Assembly: GCA_964527965.1 (NCBI GenBank)
Contig: CAZGPH010000001.1
Span: 150,657 to 214,656, forward strand
Reading direction: 5' to 3'
Origin: an uncultured Marinoscillum sp.
GTDB taxonomy: Bacteria; Bacteroidota; Bacteroidia; Cytophagales; MED-G16
Length of the DNA: 64,000 nt
How positions within the stretch are numbered: the stretch's first letter is position 1; the number at the start of each line of letters is the position of its first letter. Below are positions 18,997 through 27,869 of the stretch, piece by piece. The translations under genes and the position numbers were made by a program. The notes below the pieces were generated by a model. The model was not told the DNA's origin, ran no database searches, and worked only from the letters and a program-made list of their open reading frames with translations.

Positions 18997-21084
18997 CTAA
19001 CTAACACGGCTCCAGTTAATATTACTTTTGATGCTTTTTTTAAGGTATTCTTTGGTTCCTTTATTTTTTTTATCACTTAAATTAGGGTCGTTCTCAATTA
19101 ACTTAGAGGCTTCAACTCTTGTTTGTTTTATAATATTATAATCCTCAGCTAAGTTTACAAACCGAAGCTCTAATAATCCACTTTGTTTTGTTCCCATCAT
19201 ATTTCCTGGGCCCCTCATTTTCAAATCAACATTTGCAATTTTAAAACCATCTGATGAACCAACCATAGCCTTAATTCTTTCTTTTGAGTCGTTACTTAAA
19301 TCGTATTTTGTCATTAGTATACAGTAAGATTGTGCGCTACCCCTTCCAACACGTCCTCTTAATTGATGTAGTTGTGATAAACCAAACCTTTCTGCGCTTT
19401 CAATTATAATTACAGACGCATTAGCGACATCAACACCCACCTCTATTACTGTTGTTGATACTAATATTTTACTTTTACCCTCAGCAAATCTTTTCATCTC
19501 ATACTCTTTGTTTTCAGATTTCATTCGACCATGTAAAACACCTATCTGTGTTTCAGGAAAATATTTTGTTAAACTTTTATAACCATCCATCAAATCTTTA
19601 TGGTCTTTTTTTGCTGACTCTTCAATAAGAGGATAAACCACATATACTTGCCCCCCAAAATCTATTGTCTTTTTAATAAAATTAAAAACTTTTAACCTCG
19701 AGTTGTCAAATCTATGAGAGGTTATTATTTCTTTTCTTCCAGAGGGCAACTCATCAATAACAGAAACATCTAAATCTCCATATAATGTTAACGCTAATGT
19801 TCTAGGTATAGGGGTTGCTGTCATTACTAAAACGTGAGGATAAAACTCTCTTTTTTTAGACCACAATTTAGCTCTTTGTGCTACTCCGAATTTATGTTGT
19901 TCATCAATTATTACTAAACCTAACCTTCTAAACTCAACCCTTTTTTCTATTAATGCGTGGGTTCCAATTAAAATATCTATTTCACCTTTTTTTAATTGAC
20001 TTAACATAATTTTTCTTTCTTTTTCTTTTGTGGAACCGGTTAATACAGCCACATTTAATTTTAACTTTAAGGCTTGGTTTTGAATGCTTTTAAAGTGTTG
20101 ATCTGCTAACACCTCAGTTGGAGCCATAAAAGCAACTTGAGAGTTCTCTTCTACCACAAACAACATACAAAGAAAAGCTACAATAGTTTTGCCACTACCA
20201 ACATCTCCTTGAATTAATCGGTTCATTTGTTTTCCTGAGCACATATTTTGATAACATTCTTTAATCACTTTTTTTTGAGCGTTTGTTAACTCAAAAGGAA
20301 GGTGTTTTTTGTAAAAATCATTTAGCAATTTTTTTTTCTTAAAAACATATCCAGGAAAAGCTTTAAGTCGCGTGTTTTTTAATTGAAGAATTTGAAGTTG
20401 TAAAAAAAAGAGCTCTTCAAACTTCAACCGTTTCTTTGCCTCTTCCACCATCTTTTTACTTTTTGGGAGGTGAATGTTTTGAAGAGCAGACGCCCTAGAA
20501 ATTAAATTATTTTTTATAACCACATCCACAGATAAATTCTCCTTAATTTGTGGTATAGTTTTCCTTATAACTTCATCAATAATTCTGTTAAAAAAACGCG
20601 TGTTTATGTATTTTCTTTTGAGCTTTTCTGTTGTTGGGTAAACAGGCCTTATACCTAAAGAAGTTTCGTTTTTCTCTGAGGTTTCTGGGTGAAAAAAAGA
20701 GATTGTGTTTTTGTATAATTTAGGTTTACCGAAAACCAAATATTTTTTACCAACAACCATTTTGTCATCTATCCATTCTGTACCCTTTACCCATACTAAC
20801 TCCCCATAACCTGTTGGGTCTTTAACCTTTACCTTTAAACTTTTATTTTTAAATTTTCGAACAGTTTTTTTACTTATTACCTGCAAAAAAAAGACACCCT
20901 CTAAACTTTCTTTGTTTACCTCGGAGAGCTTTTTAATATCAGAACGGTCTTCATATCTAAAAGGAAAGTAATGAAGCATGTCGAACAGGTTATAAATTCC
21001 AATTTCAGTGTTTAATAAAGAAGCTTTTTGTGGCCCTACACCTTTTACGAATTCTATTTTTTGTTTTAAAACATCACTATTCAT
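18997..21084 (-). CDS. recG: ATP-dependent DNA helicase RecG
   Basis: 695 aa. N-terminal wedge region (VKGVGPQKASLL...HYFPFRYEDRS), Walker A GDVGSGKT, IIDEQHKFG, TATPIPRTL, QLRGRVGRG. Confidence 0.95.
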   Translation of the reverse strand: MNSDVLKQKIEFVKGVGPQKASLLNTEIGIYNLFDMLHYFPFRYEDRSDIKKLSEVNKESLEGVFFLQVISKKTVRKFKNKSLKVKVKDPTGYGELVWVKGTEWIDDKMVVGKKYLVFGKPKLYKNTISFFHPETSEKNETSLGIRPVYPTTEKLKRKYINTRFFNRIIDEVIRKTIPQIKENLSVDVVIKNNLISRASALQNIHLPKSKKMVEEAKKRLKFEELFFLQLQILQLKNTRLKAFPGYVFKKKKLLNDFYKKHLPFELTNAQKKVIKECYQNMCSGKQMNRLIQGDVGSGKTIVAFLCMLFVVEENSQVAFMAPTEVLADQHFKSIQNQALKLKLNVAVLTGSTKEKERKIMLSQLKKGEIDILIGTHALIEKRVEFRRLGLVIIDEQHKFGVAQRAKLWSKKREFYPHVLVMTATPIPRTLALTLYGDLDVSVIDELPSGRKEIITSHRFDNSRLKVFNFIKKTIDFGGQVYVVYPLIEESAKKDHKDLMDGYKSLTKYFPETQIGVLHGRMKSENKEYEMKRFAEGKSKILVSTTVIEVGVDVANASVIIIESAERFGLSQLHQLRGRVGRGSAQSYCILMTKYDLSNDSKERIKAMVGSSDGFKIANVDLKMRGPGNMMGTKQSGLLELRFVNLAEDYNIIKQTRVEASKLIENDPNLSDKKNKGTKEYLKKSIKSNINWSRVS

Positions 21085-21658
21085 TCCACTCTAATGTATT
21101 TAAAATATGTATCATGTCTTTTTTAATGTACTCTACAGCAGGAGAGATTGAGTCATTAACAAGAGGCTTTTCAAAATATAAAGCAGCCCTTAAAAAGTTT
21201 AAAGAAGAGTCAGTTATAATAAACTGAAAGGGTGTAGGGACCTCACCCTCAATAGAAATTAAAGTAGCCCTTTTTCCTGTCAAGGTAATTACCTCTGTCT
21301 CTTTAATTGAAGAAGCTTTTGTTTTATGTTTGTTGATTAACTTATAAGATTCATTAATTAACTTATCTAAGTGTTGACTTGACATCACTTTTTTATAAGT
21401 TATTAACAACTCAGCCTTATACCTTAAGTAGCTTAAGTTTAACCAACCATAATTTTCATTTGCGGTTATTTTTGTAATAGAATTTCTCTCAAATGAATAT
21501 AAATTATTGTAATTGGTTTTTGTGTAAAGAGCTTGAGGAAGAAAAATTTGATTATATCCTCTTGGTTTAGGTTGATAATTGTTTTCACAAGAAAGAAATG
21601 TAAAACCTAAGAAAAATAAGCTAATTTTTTTTATTATACTTTTTGTAAACCCTAACAC
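21077..21658 (-). CDS. gldD: Gliding motility lipoprotein GldD
   Basis: 193 aa with lipobox FTFLSCENN followed by PKPRGYNQIFLP. It lies immediately downstream of the gldE-like gene and overlaps it, the arrangement described for Flavobacterium johnsoniae gldE-gldD. Confidence 0.6.
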   Translation of the reverse strand: MLGFTKSIIKKISLFFLGFTFLSCENNYQPKPRGYNQIFLPQALYTKTNYNNLYSFERNSITKITANENYGWLNLSYLRYKAELLITYKKVMSSQHLDKLINESYKLINKHKTKASSIKETEVITLTGKRATLISIEGEVPTPFQFIITDSSLNFLRAALYFEKPLVNDSISPAVEYIKKDMIHILNTLEWNE

Positions 21659-22949
21659 GTTTTATTCTTTTGTTATCAACAGACATTATAGTAAAAATAA
21701 ATTTATCAAATTTTATTTTATCACCTTTATTTGGAATTTTTGAATTTAATTCAAGTAACAACCCCCCTAGAGATTCACTTTCTCCCTTAACCTGATTAAA
21801 ATAATTTTTGTCCATTTTTGTTAACTTACAAAAGTCATTTAGAGATGTTTTTCCTTCAAACAAATAGGTGTTGTTATCAATTTTTTTAAATTGAAAATCA
21901 TCATCAAAATCAAATTCATCTCTAATATCCCCAAGTATTTCTTCAATCACATCCTCAAGAGTTACCAACCCAGAGACACCACCATATTCATCAATAACAA
22001 CCGCTAAGTGCACTCTTTTTTCTTGAAAATCTTTAAATAAAACATCTATATTTTTACTTTCAGGGACAAAAAAAGCAGGTCTTATTTTCTCTCTCCACTC
22101 AAAAGAGGGTTCGTTTAAGTGTGGAATTAAATCTTTCACATATAGTATTCCCTCAATATTATCAATAGTTTCTTTGTATACAGGAATTCTAGAAAAACCC
22201 GAAATATTAATAAGTTTTGCTATTTTTTCAAAAGTAAAATCAAAATCAACAGCTACCATATCAACCCTTGACTTCATAATCTCTTTAGTTTTTATTGAAC
22301 CAAAATTTATTATACCCTCAAGTATGTTTTTTTCTTCTGTTGATGTTTCTTTATCTATGGTTAGATTCATAGCTCTGTTCAACTCTTCAGTTGTGCTTTC
22401 TAGTAACACTTTCTCTTTGGACTTAAAAGTATTAGAGATAGATATTAGAAATAAAATTAATGGTTTAAAAACAACAGATGAAACATTAATTATTATGGAT
22501 GATTTTTTTATAAAAAAAAACCTGTTTTTATTAGCATAAACCTTTGGGATTATTTCGCCAAAAAAAACAATTATTAAAGTTATAATTACGGTCAGCACTA
22601 AGAAAACAAGAGCAGATTTACCAAACATCCCCCATGCAAAATAAGCTGAAAGGGTTATAATAGCTACATTTATTAGGTTGTTTAAAATTAAAATCGTTGC
22701 TAAAAGTTTTTCTGGAGTTTTTAGTAGTGAAACAACTTTATTTATATTTCCACTTTCATTTTTTTGATAGCTTTTAATTTCTGAATTAGAGAGAGAAAAA
22801 AAAGCTACCTCTGAACCAGAAATAAGACCAGATAAAAACAATAACATGATTAAAAAAGAAGACTGAATTATTATTGTAATAACATCAGCACCAACTAAAA
22901 AACTAGAAAAATAAATAAACGGTTCGGGTTCGGCTAGCTCTGTTTCCAA
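21621..22949 (-). CDS. gldE: GldE: CNNM/CorC/HlyC-family membrane protein (DUF21, CBS pair and CorC_HlyC domains)
   Basis: 442 aa with an N-terminal four-TM DUF21-like region, a CBS pair (..RIPVYKETIDNIEGILYVKDL.., ..HLAVVIDEYGGVSGLVTLEDVIEEILGDI) and a C-terminal transporter-associated domain. Position is between ssb and gldD. Confidence 0.7.
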   Translation of the reverse strand: METELAEPEPFIYFSSFLVGADVITIIIQSSFLIMLLFLSGLISGSEVAFFSLSNSEIKSYQKNESGNINKVVSLLKTPEKLLATILILNNLINVAIITLSAYFAWGMFGKSALVFLVLTVIITLIIVFFGEIIPKVYANKNRFFFIKKSSIIINVSSVVFKPLILFLISISNTFKSKEKVLLESTTEELNRAMNLTIDKETSTEEKNILEGIINFGSIKTKEIMKSRVDMVAVDFDFTFEKIAKLINISGFSRIPVYKETIDNIEGILYVKDLIPHLNEPSFEWREKIRPAFFVPESKNIDVLFKDFQEKRVHLAVVIDEYGGVSGLVTLEDVIEEILGDIRDEFDFDDDFQFKKIDNNTYLFEGKTSLNDFCKLTKMDKNYFNQVKGESESLGGLLLELNSKIPNKGDKIKFDKFIFTIMSVDNKRIKRVRVYKKYNKKN

Positions 22950-22958
22950 TTGCGATAT

Positions 22959-23372
22959 TTAAAACGGTAAATCATCCTCTTGAACACCTTCTTTTGTTTC
23001 CTGAATAGGTGAGGATGAGGGTTCGTTACCACTAGACTCAGGAGCTCTTCCTAATAATCTAATGTCTCTCCCAACAACTTCAGAAATATACTTTTTAACA
23101 CCATCTTTATCTTCATAAGAACGGTTTGAGATTTTTCCCTCAATATAAACCTGGCTTCCTTTCTTTAAATAACTCTCAGCAATTTCAGCAAGTGGAGTCC
23201 ATAAAACCACATTATGCCACTCTGTGTTTGTTACTTTTTCTCCAGATTTGTTCTTATAAGTCTCACTTGTAGCGATTGAAAAGTTTGCAACAGCTCTGCC
23301 GTCATCTAACCTTCTTAGTTCAGGGTCTTTTCCTAAGTTTCCAAGTAAAATTGCTTTGTTTACACCAGACAT
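22959..23372 (-). CDS. ssb: Single-stranded DNA-binding protein
   Basis: N-terminal MSGVNKAILLGNLGKDPELR OB fold (TEWHNVVLW) and an acidic C-terminal tip DDLPF. Confidence 0.95.
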   Translation of the reverse strand: MSGVNKAILLGNLGKDPELRRLDDGRAVANFSIATSETYKNKSGEKVTNTEWHNVVLWTPLAEIAESYLKKGSQVYIEGKISNRSYEDKDGVKKYISEVVGRDIRLLGRAPESSGNEPSSSPIQETKEGVQEDDLPF

Positions 23373-23389
23373 ATACTTGAAATTACGAA

Positions 23390-24484
23390 TTAAGATTCGG
23401 ATTTCAAATAGTTATTAATAACTTTTGGAAAAGCATAGTTTTTTAGATTACTTTTTTTGACAATAACCATATTTAAATCCTTCCCAATCTTCTCTAAGTT
23501 GTATTCAATATCCCTTAGCTTGTAAAAATTAATTTCAATTATTTGATGACTTAATTTTGCGGTTTCTTTTGATTTCAAGATAAAATCCTCCATTGGGGTT
23601 TTATTAAGAGAAAGTGAGTTACTAGATAAAGTTTGTTCTTCAGCAAGGTAAAACTCATACAAATTTTCCCAAACATCTTTTTTTATTCTCTTTTTAATTA
23701 AAACACGATTCTTATCTTCAAAAACTATATAATTAAAAAACCTCTTTTTTATTTTTATTTCTCTTTTTTTTATTGGAAAAGTTTTTGTTTTTTTTTCCTT
23801 TTTTGCAAAACAATCTTTTTTAAACACACATTTTATACATAATGGTTTTTTTGGTAAACACACAGAACCCCCAAAGTCCATTATTGATTCATTGTATTCT
23901 CCAAAATCTGTTATTTTTTGAGCAGTTTCTTCACTGAACTTTAAAAAATAGTTATATGAAGATGGTTTGGAAATATCTTTTGATATCCCAAAAAAACGTG
24001 ATAAAACCCTAAAGACATTTGCGTCCACAACTAACCTTTTTTCATTATAACAAATTGAAGATATTGCAGATGCTGTATATTTTCCTATGCCAGGGAGCTT
24101 TATTAGTTCATTATAATTATCCGGGAACACCCCATTATATTTCTTATTAATAATTTTAGCCGACTTGTGTAGATTTTTAGCTCTATTATAATAACCTAAA
24201 CCCTGCCACAAGGAATACACTTTTTTTTCAGATGAATTAGCTAAAGACTTTATGTTTGGAAAGTTTTTGATAAATGTATTATAATATTTTATTCCAGTTT
24301 CCATTTGTGTTTGCTGTAATATAACCTCAGATAACCACACACGATAAGGCTCTTTGTTTTCTCTGAAAGGCAAAGCTCTTTTTTCCTTTCCATACCACTT
24401 AATAAGCCTTTTAGCAAAACTTGTTTTAAGTGTGTCTTTGTTCATAATTAAGATTAAGCTAATTTTATCATTAACTCTAAACAA
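23390..24484 (-). CDS. mutY: A/G-specific adenine DNA glycosylase MutY
   Basis: HhH-GPD region (LPGIGKYTASAI), 4Fe-4S loop VCLPKKPLCIKCVFKKDC (C-x6-C-x2-C-x5-C) and a C-terminal NUDIX-like domain. The more likely start is the ATG at 24445 (MNKDTLKTSFAKRLIKWY). Confidence 0.9.
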   Translation of the reverse strand: MFRVNDKISLILIMNKDTLKTSFAKRLIKWYGKEKRALPFRENKEPYRVWLSEVILQQTQMETGIKYYNTFIKNFPNIKSLANSSEKKVYSLWQGLGYYNRAKNLHKSAKIINKKYNGVFPDNYNELIKLPGIGKYTASAISSICYNEKRLVVDANVFRVLSRFFGISKDISKPSSYNYFLKFSEETAQKITDFGEYNESIMDFGGSVCLPKKPLCIKCVFKKDCFAKKEKKTKTFPIKKREIKIKKRFFNYIVFEDKNRVLIKKRIKKDVWENLYEFYLAEEQTLSSNSLSLNKTPMEDFILKSKETAKLSHQIIEINFYKLRDIEYNLEKIGKDLNMVIVKKSNLKNYAFPKVINNYLKSES

Positions 24485-24499
24485 TTAAATTAATAAATA

Positions 24500-24790
24500 G
24501 TGAGAAAACTAGAAATAATAAATAAAGTTTCATCCCAAACAGGCATTGATAAGACAGACGTACAAGAAACAATAGAAGCAACACTTATAACAATTAAAGA
24601 AGCTCTTAAAGACGGAGAAAGTGTTTTTATAAGAGGTTTTGGTTCTTTTACAAATAAAAAAAGAGCAAGAAAAATTGCAAGAAACATATCAACAAACACA
24701 GCTATTATACTAGAGGCTCATTATGTCCCACACTTTAAGCCCTCTAAAATTTTAGTAGATATAGTAAAAGAAAACAATAAAATAGTGTAA
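24500..24790 (+). CDS. hup: HU-family DNA-binding protein
   Basis: 96 aa with a GTG start. HU/IHF fold signature (...GESVFIRGFGSFTNKKRARKIARN..T...I...HYVPHFKPSK). Confidence 0.85.
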   Translation: MRKLEIINKVSSQTGIDKTDVQETIEATLITIKEALKDGESVFIRGFGSFTNKKRARKIARNISTNTAIILEAHYVPHFKPSKILVDIVKENNKIV

Positions 24791-24792
24791 CA

Positions 24793-25251
24793 ATGAAAAC
24801 ACAAAACCTTCAAGCTTTAATGATTTTATTTTCTTTAATTATTATAGTTTTTTTGTACCAATTACCCACCTCAGTAATAAAAACAAAAAAAAATCAAGAT
24901 GAGATTCAAGGCGCGATATCAGTTGAGAAGGCCTTAGGATTATTAGAGGGAAATAACCCAATGGAGGGTGTTTTTATGTTTAGAGATATTCTTGAAAATG
25001 ATCCAAAAAACACGGATGCTTTATATTACTTAGGTGTTTTGTCTATTCAGACCGGTCAATATGAAAATGCGATTGAAAGATTTAATCAACTAATAGCTAT
25101 TGATTCATCAGATAAAAAGGCATATTTGCAGTTGGGAATTAGCAACCACCAACTTGGCTACTTTAAAAAAGCTGACTCATTATTCAGTATAGTCAAAGAA
25201 ACAAAGGATGAGTTGTTAATTAAAGAATTAAATGTTTTTTTAACTAAATAA
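24793..25251 (+). CDS. Membrane-anchored tetratricopeptide-repeat protein
   Basis: N-terminal TM segment (ALMILFSLIIIVFLY) followed by TPR-like repeats (DALYYLGVLSIQTGQYENAIERFNQLIAIDSSDKKAYLQLG). Confidence 0.6.
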   Translation: MKTQNLQALMILFSLIIIVFLYQLPTSVIKTKKNQDEIQGAISVEKALGLLEGNNPMEGVFMFRDILENDPKNTDALYYLGVLSIQTGQYENAIERFNQLIAIDSSDKKAYLQLGISNHQLGYFKKADSLFSIVKETKDELLIKELNVFLTK

Positions 25252-25264
25252 AGATATTCAAGTT

Positions 25265-25354
25265 ATGCCGAGTGGAAAAAAAAGAAAAAGACATAAGATA
25301 TCGACACATAAAAGAAAAAAGAGATTAAGAAAAAACAGACATAAAAAGAAATAA
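25265..25354 (+). CDS. 29-codon, extremely basic micro-ORF; candidate small ribosomal protein (bS22-like)
   Basis: Absent from the ORF track because it is below the length cutoff. ATG 25265 to TAA 25352-25354 encodes MPSGKKRKRHKISTHKRKKRLRKNRHKKK, in which 17 of 29 residues are K or R. It exactly fills the gap between the TPR gene and rng. The composition and the KKRKR...HKRKKRLR pattern resemble bS22-type peptides. Confidence 0.5.
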   Translation: MPSGKKRKRHKISTHKRKKRLRKNRHKKK

Positions 25355-25365
25355 ACTATAATACT

Positions 25366-26895
25366 ATGAGTAGCGAGCTAATAATTAATTCATCTCGCGA
25401 CAAAAGTAGAATTGGACTTCTTAAGGATAAAAAGCTTGTTGAGTTTCATCAAGAAAGTGATGAGACCAAATTTAACGTAGGTGATATTTATGTAGGGAAA
25501 GTAAAAAAAATCAATAAAAGCTTAAATGCGGCTTTTATTGATATAGGTTTCGAAAAAGACGCCTTCCTGCATTACCTAGACTTAGGACCCCAATTTTTGT
25601 CGCTTAAATCATTTGTAAAAAAAGTAAGATCAAAAGGTAAACCTTCAAGTTACGATTCTTTTAAAAGACTTGAAGATATAAACAAATTTGGAAAAATAAA
25701 TGAGGTCCTTAAAAAAGGAGACGAGTTGTTAATTCAAATTGTTAAAGAACCAATTTCTACTAAAGGACCAAGGGTAACTACCGAACTTTCGTTAGCTGGA
25801 AGATATCTGATTTTGGTTTCATTCTCAGAAGCGATTAATGTTTCTAAAAAAATAACAAACAGAGAGGAAAGGATGCGTCAGATAAATTTAATTAAATCTA
25901 TTAGACCTAAAAACTTTGGAGTTATTGTTAGGACTGTGGCTGAAAAAAAATCAGTATCAGAGTTAGATAAAGATTTAAAGTCTTTAACCTCTTTATGGAA
26001 AGAGGGTTTAAAAAATATTAAAAAAGCTAAGGTTGGAGAAAAGGTTATAGGTGAGGGAAACAAAGCCACCTCACTACTTAGAGATATTTTAAATTCTTCT
26101 TTTGACAATATTATAATAGATGACAAAAAGTTATTTGAGGAGGTTAAGGATTATGTTATAAAGTTTGAACCTAAGAAAGAAAAAATTGTAAAATATTATT
26201 CTTCTCCAGCACCAATTTTTGAGGTATATGGTATTGAAAAACAACTTCAGGATTTATTTGGAGAAACCGTTCCAATATCTAACGGAGGATATGTAATCAT
26301 TCAGCACACCGAAGCTTTACATGCTATTGATGTAAATAGTGGCAAAACAAGTAAGGTTTCAAATCAAGAAGAGGCGGCGTTAAAAGTAAATTTAGATGCT
26401 GCTGAGACAATAGCTAGACAGTTAAGGCTCAGAGACATTGGAGGCATAATTGTTATTGATTTCATAGACTTAAAAAAGACAATGAATAAACGTAAGCTTT
26501 TTGATACAATGAAAAGAGCAATGAGTGAAGATAGGTCTAAGCATACTATTTTACCTTTATCAAAATTTTGTTTAATGCAGATCACCAGACAAAGAGTTAG
26601 ACAAGAATTAAAAATGACAAAAGAAGATGCGGAGTTAGATCAAGAGGGAACTGAGGCTGCAGATAAGATTGAACAAAAAATCGAACATCTTTTTGTGAAA
26701 CAAAACGAAAAAAACCTCACTTTAGTCGTTCACCCTTATCTATACTCTTATTTTACAATTGGAGTTTTATCAAGACAATATAAGTGGTTTATAAAACACA
26801 GAAGATGGGTTAAAATTGAAAAAGATAACAACATAGGGGTTAAAGACTATGTCTTTTTAGACTCAAATAGACAAATTATTCAAACTAAAAAGTGA
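25366..26895 (+). CDS. rng: Ribonuclease E/G family protein (RNase G-like)
   Basis: 509 aa. N-terminal S1 domain (VGDIYVGKVKKINKSLNAAFIDIG) and a catalytic region with HAIDVNSGK and GGIIVIDFID. Confidence 0.85.
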   Translation: MSSELIINSSRDKSRIGLLKDKKLVEFHQESDETKFNVGDIYVGKVKKINKSLNAAFIDIGFEKDAFLHYLDLGPQFLSLKSFVKKVRSKGKPSSYDSFKRLEDINKFGKINEVLKKGDELLIQIVKEPISTKGPRVTTELSLAGRYLILVSFSEAINVSKKITNREERMRQINLIKSIRPKNFGVIVRTVAEKKSVSELDKDLKSLTSLWKEGLKNIKKAKVGEKVIGEGNKATSLLRDILNSSFDNIIIDDKKLFEEVKDYVIKFEPKKEKIVKYYSSPAPIFEVYGIEKQLQDLFGETVPISNGGYVIIQHTEALHAIDVNSGKTSKVSNQEEAALKVNLDAAETIARQLRLRDIGGIIVIDFIDLKKTMNKRKLFDTMKRAMSEDRSKHTILPLSKFCLMQITRQRVRQELKMTKEDAELDQEGTEAADKIEQKIEHLFVKQNEKNLTLVVHPYLYSYFTIGVLSRQYKWFIKHRRWVKIEKDNNIGVKDYVFLDSNRQIIQTKK

Positions 26896-27869
26896 AGTTT
26901 TTTGTTTCTTTCTTTTTCATTTCCCTTTTATCTTGTAGCTCAAATAATTGCCCTTCTTTAAACTCAAATGGGTACCCCAGAAACATTCTGGTTAATTATT
27001 TAGTTAATGATAAAGTTAAGTTGGGCTCTAAGGATGATTTTTTAAATTATTTACAGAACAATAAAAAAGTTTTATATCCTTTTTATGAAATTCAAGACAC
27101 ACTCAGCTTCGATATTAAAGTAAACAATATTTATTCGTTAATAGATAATGAATACTTTGATAGTCTTTATTATGATGTGCAACGTGAGTTTGGAAACAAA
27201 AAAAATCTTTTTTTAAAATTAGACCATTCAATTGGAATTTATAATTCTACCAGTAAAAAAAAACTTAACCCACAGATTACAGTATTGATGTCTGGCTTTT
27301 ATAATGATGTGGTTGTAGATAAAGAAAATATAATTTTAGGTATAGAGTATTTTTTAAATAAGGAGAATAAATATAAACCCAGAGACCTTCCGTCATATAT
27401 TTTAGAAAGGTATACCCCAGAACATATGACCTCAACTATGTTATCAACCTTTCTTTCTCAGTTTAATGTTATAGATGAGAACGACAAAACCATGTTAAAT
27501 GAAATGATTTCTTTTGGAAAATTATATTATGTTGTTGAGCGTTTATTAATGTGCGAAAAAGAAAATATAGTTTTGGGATACACAAAAGAGCAATATGACA
27601 TGATAGAAGAGAACGAAGCTTTTATTTATAGTTTCTTTCTTCAAAATGAGTTGTTTTTTCAGGAAGGTCAATTAATTAAACAAAAGTATTTATCAGAGAG
27701 ACCTAGCACTTTTGAAATTTCACAATCTGTACCAGGTAGGATTGGAAGGTGGATGGGTTGGAAAATAGTATCATCTTTCATGAGAGGAGAAAAATATACC
27801 CTAGAAGATCTTTTGTTAGAAGATGATTATAAGAAGATTTTTTATAACTCTAATTACAACCCATTATAA
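26892..27869 (+). CDS. gldB: GldB-like gliding motility lipoprotein
   Basis: GTG start overlapping the rng stop. Lipobox ISLLSCSS. About 325 aa. The C-terminal segment PGRIGRWMGWKIVSSFM matches my memory of the conserved GldB C-terminal motif. The assignment is from recollection only. Confidence 0.5.
   Translation: MKFFVSFFFISLLSCSSNNCPSLNSNGYPRNILVNYLVNDKVKLGSKDDFLNYLQNNKKVLYPFYEIQDTLSFDIKVNNIYSLIDNEYFDSLYYDVQREFGNKKNLFLKLDHSIGIYNSTSKKKLNPQITVLMSGFYNDVVVDKENIILGIEYFLNKENKYKPRDLPSYILERYTPEHMTSTMLSTFLSQFNVIDENDKTMLNEMISFGKLYYVVERLLMCEKENIVLGYTKEQYDMIEENEAFIYSFFLQNELFFQEGQLIKQKYLSERPSTFEISQSVPGRIGRWMGWKIVSSFMRGEKYTLEDLLLEDDYKKIFYNSNYNPL

Noticed and set aside
6281-22520. Homopolymer A9/T9 runs inside coding regions (for example about 6283..6291, 18832..18840 and 22511..22519) as possible phase-variation or frameshift sites.
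   Set aside because: Such runs are expected in lysine- and phenylalanine-rich proteins from AT-rich genomes. All the affected ORFs are intact and full length.
24485-24499. The strand switch from a 12-kb minus-strand block to an 18-kb plus-strand block at mutY/hup, as a candidate replication origin.
   Set aside because: The gap is only 15 bp, or 54 bp with the alternative mutY start. I saw no DnaA-box cluster and no dnaA or dnaN nearby. Other strand switches occur throughout the window.
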